A program made the translations under genes and the position numbers. From the NCBI GenBank assembly GCA_965248435.1, contig OZ252100.1, positions 3,008,001 to 3,072,000 of the forward strand: a stretch of 64,000 nucleotides of DNA, given 5' to 3'. Below, piece after piece: positions 60,559-64,000 of this stretch; position 1 is the first letter of the stretch, and every line of letters starts with the position of its first letter. A model generated the notes under the pieces. It was given only the letters and a program-made list of their open reading frames with translations, made no database searches and was not told where the DNA came from. The DNA is from Candidatus Latescibacterota bacterium (GTDB lineage: Bacteria; Latescibacterota; UBA2968; GCA-2709665).

Positions 60559-60678
60559 CGTATCTTGTATCTCGTGAAGCGTATCTCGTCAAAACTGGGT
60601 ACCGGGGTTCGTGTTGCGCGTGGATGAGATTCTCGTTCTCTTGGGGAATTGCGGGCGGGCACGGAGGCCCGCCCCTAC
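60559..60678. repeat. CGTATCT-like heptamers, GGGTACC unit and GTAG-type REP
   Basis: cgtatcttgtatctcgtgaagcgtatctcgt; gggtaccggg; gggcgggcacggaggcccgcccctac. Confidence 0.6.
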
Positions 60679-60734
60679 GGTGATTCAAACAGCGAGTAGC
60701 GACTCCGCTTAAAATGTTTTTGGCTGATCTGGAG

Positions 60735-63700
60735 ATGTATCTCTTGGCTGAATTCCTTCATTTGCTTCGTCGAATTGCTCTGATCCTCCTCATCGGGCTC
60801 GGCGTGCTTGTCTTCCTCTCCTTCGGGATCGGACCTGAGCGCGTCGACCCGTGGCTATCCGACCTGCTCGGCTTGGAACCGCCCCCATCGGTGCCGCCGT
60901 CGCCCGTCCACGAGGCCCAGGGCGTTTCCTATCGCGTAATCGATTCAGTCACTGAAGCGGACGTTCGCCGTTTGATGGGCCGCTTTACGAGCCACCGATC
61001 GCGCGTTCCCGGCTACGCCGGCCACGACGACGCTGCCCGATTCATCCTTCAGGAATTCGAGCGCCTGGGACTCCGCGACGTCAAGGCCGAGGCATTCGAC
61101 GTGGCCACCCCGGTGGACAAGGGGGGGCGCCTTACCCTCACCGAGAGCGGTGCCTCCTTCCCTCTGCACGCGATCTGGCCCAACCTGGTGAAGACGTCAA
61201 CGCTTCCCCCGAATGGCATACGGACCCGCCTGATTTACGGCGGCGACGGCGAGTGGCAGAGCTTTAACGGTCACGATATGGACGGTGCCGCCGTTTTGAT
61301 GGAGTTCAACTCCTGGAACCGCTGGCTCAACGCCGCTTCGCTGGGTGCGGGACAGATCATCTTCATCGAACCCGATTCCACGTCCCGAACAGAGGGAGAA
61401 CAGAAGTGGCTTATCTCGCCGAACGGGACGGAGCGGTTTTGGATCGACAAGGGGTCGGGACGCGCGCTGAGGCGATTGCTGGAGGAAGAGGGGGAGGTGG
61501 AGGTGGAGCTCCACGCGCGGATGGACTGGGAGAAGACGGTCGCTCAGAACATCCTCGGCACTGTTCCCGGGACGGATCCCGAGCTCAAGGACCAGATCAT
61601 CGTGATCAACGCCTATTACGACGCCATGTCGGTCGTGCCGGCCCTGGCACCCGGCGCAGAGATGGCGTGCGGGATCGTCGCGCTGCTCGAGCTCGCGGAC
61701 TATCTCCAGCGACACCCGCCGGCACGGACCGTGCTGTTTCTGGCCAGCTCCGCCCACCATATGAGTTCACGAGGGATATCCGATTTTCTGAGGCGACACG
61801 CCCGCAAACAGGAGGATTTCGCCGCGCTGATGACAGAACCGATCGACATTCGTCTGTTTATCGCGCTGGATCTCTCCAGCCGGACTGCCGAGATCGGCCT
61901 CCGGAACAGTGCGCCGAGTCACTATCACAAACAGTTCTTCACACCGATCGGGAAGTCGCTCGTTCGATTCACAGGGGCGATCGCCAAGGACTTCGGGCTG
62001 GATCCGGAGCGGGCGCTGATCGACGGCGTCAATCCGCCCCCCGGGTTGGCGTGGAGAATCTACAATCCTGGAAAGCTGTTGAAGACGGAAGGCCTGATCG
62101 TGATGGCGGCCGGGACTCCGGCGCTTTCGCTTGTCACGGTGAACGACGCCCGCCTCGGCATCGACACCCCCCTGGATAGACCGGAGAGCGTGGACTACGA
62201 GAATCTGACCGGGCAGATCCGCCTGCTGACTGGGGTGATCGACCTGGCGCTCAACGACCCGGGTTTGATCACGGACTACGAGCTGCGCCCGGAGGACCAC
62301 GTGCGGTGGTTGAAGGGGTACGCGAAGACCTTTCCCCGGCGCAGCATCGTCCCGGACCGCCCCAAGCCCGGAGCGATTGCGGCGGTGCGCCTTGGCAGGG
62401 AGGGGAGTTATTCGTCGGCCAAATCGACCAAGGGCGTGAGGGAGACCCGCTATGACATCACCGACGAGAGCGGGGCTTTCATCATCCCTGGCATTATTCA
62501 GAAGAAAGCGACCGCCTCTGTGTATGCTCTGGACTCCGATACGGGGGAGATCACGCACGCGCCCAATCGCGGGGTGCAGGCCGACATCTACAAGCCAGAG
62601 GTGGATATGGACTGGTGGATGACGGAGCAAATCAGTGTTTTGTTCCCCTGCGTCGCCACCGATCTCTACGACATCGTGGATCCCCCCTATCTGAGCAAGC
62701 TGTCGGAGGTCAGCGTCTACGGGGAGGACAACGCGGCCCCACAGGAGTACGGTTACGATATCGGTCTGGGTGCGACCGGGGAACTGCGCCACCCTGAGTC
62801 GATGGCGGTCGGTAGTCTCTTCACGCGTCCCGGGGAGAAGGTGAAAGTCACGATGCGCTCCTGGACGATGGGCCTTCGCCTCCTGCTGCTCAACGCGATC
62901 GGCGTAGAATCAGAGGAGGATGCGCGAGGTGGCGGGTTTGTCGCCCACGTTCCCGGTTCTATCGCACGAACCGCCTACCAGGCGGCCAGGGACACGTGGA
63001 TGCTGAACGAGACCCGGATACGTGAACTGAAACGATTCGCGATCGAGAATCACAGGCTGAACGTCCTCCACGCCCAGGCGGCAGACCACCTCGAACAGGC
63101 GGAGTCGGCGCTGGTGCAAAAGCGCTGGGACCTGTTCATGAAGCACAGCCGGGCTGCCCTGGGGTTCGAGTCGCGGGCTTATCCTGACGTAAAGGCCACC
63201 CAGAATGGCGTGATCCGCGGGATTGTCTTCTTCATGGCCCTCGTGATCCCGTGCGCCTTCTTTGCGGAACGGCTCCTCATTACCGCGTCCGACATTCGGT
63301 GGCAGATCTCCGCCTTTGTCGGCATCTTCGGTGTGATCTGGATCTTTCTCTACCTCGTACACCCGGCGTTCGAGCTCTCCAATCCGTTCGTCGTCCTGCT
63401 CGCCTTCATCATCCTGGCCCTCGCCGCCTTCGTCATCTCGCTGATCTTCTCCCGGTTCAACGAGAACATGAGGCGACTGCGGACCGCGGAGGTCCTGCTG
63501 CACGAAACGGATGTCGGGCGGGTGAGCGCCTCCCTGGCCGCCTTTCAGCTGGGGATCGCCAACATGAAGCGCCGTAGACTGCGCACCTGGCTGACGTTCC
63601 TCACGCTGCTGCTGCTCACCTTTACCGTACTTTCGTTCACCTCGATCAAATCGTCGCTGCAGTTCCACAAGCTCCAGCGGGACGCTGAAGGGGCCTACCC

Positions 63701-64000
63701 CGGCGTCCTGATCCGGACCAAGTCCTGGTCGCAGCTCGAGGAGGTGGCCCACGACTACGTGAAAACCCATTACGCAGGAATGGGTGTGGTGGCCCCTCGG
63801 ACCTGGCATCAGAACACGAGCCAACAGCTGATCCCGGTGGACCTGGAGGGGAAATCGGCCTTCGTGTTGGGTGCGCTGGGCCTGGCGCCCGAGGAGGCGA
63901 GGGTTACCGGGATCGATAAGTATCTTAAAGCAGGACGCTGGTTCCGGCAGGGAGAAATGGCCTGTATCGTTCCGGAGCGGCTGGCGGACGAATTCGGGAT
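60735..64000 (+). CDS. M28-peptidase-like / FtsX-MacB permease fusion (3'-partial; absent from the ORF track)
   Basis: Hand translation: TM, SRVPGYAGH, IWPNLVKT, NAYYDAMSVVPALAPGAE, VLFLASSAHH, later TMs and NMKRRRLRTWLT..TFTVLSFTS in the same frame. Alternative start 60714. Confidence 0.85.
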   Translation, partial: MYLLAEFLHLLRRIALILLIGLGVLVFLSFGIGPERVDPWLSDLLGLEPPPSVPPSPVHEAQGVSYRVIDSVTEADVRRLMGRFTSHRSRVPGYAGHDDAARFILQEFERLGLRDVKAEAFDVATPVDKGGRLTLTESGASFPLHAIWPNLVKTSTLPPNGIRTRLIYGGDGEWQSFNGHDMDGAAVLMEFNSWNRWLNAASLGAGQIIFIEPDSTSRTEGEQKWLISPNGTERFWIDKGSGRALRRLLEEEGEVEVELHARMDWEKTVAQNILGTVPGTDPELKDQIIVINAYYDAMSVVPALAPGAEMACGIVALLELADYLQRHPPARTVLFLASSAHHMSSRGISDFLRRHARKQEDFAALMTEPIDIRLFIALDLSSRTAEIGLRNSAPSHYHKQFFTPIGKSLVRFTGAIAKDFGLDPERALIDGVNPPPGLAWRIYNPGKLLKTEGLIVMAAGTPALSLVTVNDARLGIDTPLDRPESVDYENLTGQIRLLTGVIDLALNDPGLITDYELRPEDHVRWLKGYAKTFPRRSIVPDRPKPGAIAAVRLGREGSYSSAKSTKGVRETRYDITDESGAFIIPGIIQKKATASVYALDSDTGEITHAPNRGVQADIYKPEVDMDWWMTEQISVLFPCVATDLYDIVDPPYLSKLSEVSVYGEDNAAPQEYGYDIGLGATGELRHPESMAVGSLFTRPGEKVKVTMRSWTMGLRLLLLNAIGVESEEDARGGGFVAHVPGSIARTAYQAARDTWMLNETRIRELKRFAIENHRLNVLHAQAADHLEQAESALVQKRWDLFMKHSRAALGFESRAYPDVKATQNGVIRGIVFFMALVIPCAFFAERLLITASDIRWQISAFVGIFGVIWIFLYLVHPAFELSNPFVVLLAFIILALAAFVISLIFSRFNENMRRLRTAEVLLHETDVGRVSASLAAFQLGIANMKRRRLRTWLTFLTLLLLTFTVLSFTSIKSSLQFHKLQRDAEGAYPGVLIRTKSWSQLEEVAHDYVKTHYAGMGVVAPRTWHQNTSQQLIPVDLEGKSAFVLGALGLAPEEARVTGIDKYLKAGRWFRQGEMACIVPERLADEFG

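Noticed and set aside
19058-63824. Long antisense ORFs (e.g. 19058-21040, 29821-31863, 47027-48094, 55990-56943, 61767-62792, 62910-63824)
   Set aside because: Shadows of well-supported genes on the opposite strand in high-GC DNA, with no motifs.

Overview
High-GC bacterial DNA. T9SS/FlgD-type C-terminal domains, PorV-like barrels, dockerin/cohesin modules and DUF6785 point to an FCB-related lineage such as Ca. Latescibacterota (inference only). The window is nested. (1) Backbone: surface-protein genes at 1-9.7 kb and TPR/CHASE2-cyclase, ctpA, tmk, icd, FAH, DUF6785 and an M28-FtsX fusion at 46.6-64 kb. (2) A PorV-transglutaminase-TPR gene is split between ~9705 and ~46582; the halves rejoin in frame. 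(3) The ~36.9-kb insert is bounded on both sides by podovirus-like structural-gene remnants, each carrying a copy of the same IS3. (4) Inside is ~31 kb of decaying catabolic cargo: a TonB receptor/CTD-protein/PorV operon, five paralogous beta-propeller glycoside-hydrolase-like genes alternating with four-helix-bundle genes, URO-D-like, GH-like, di-heme peroxidase and FAD oxidoreductase genes, plus IS1380, IS630, IS1182 and IS5 pieces. The most striking unexplained structure is that each four-helix-bundle gene is bracketed by CGGGTAC repeats upstream and inverted GTACCCG repeats downstream. No rRNA, intact tRNA or CRISPR array was seen. Many abrupt junctions could be real decay or assembly artefacts. 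All family calls come from motif recognition, not database searches.
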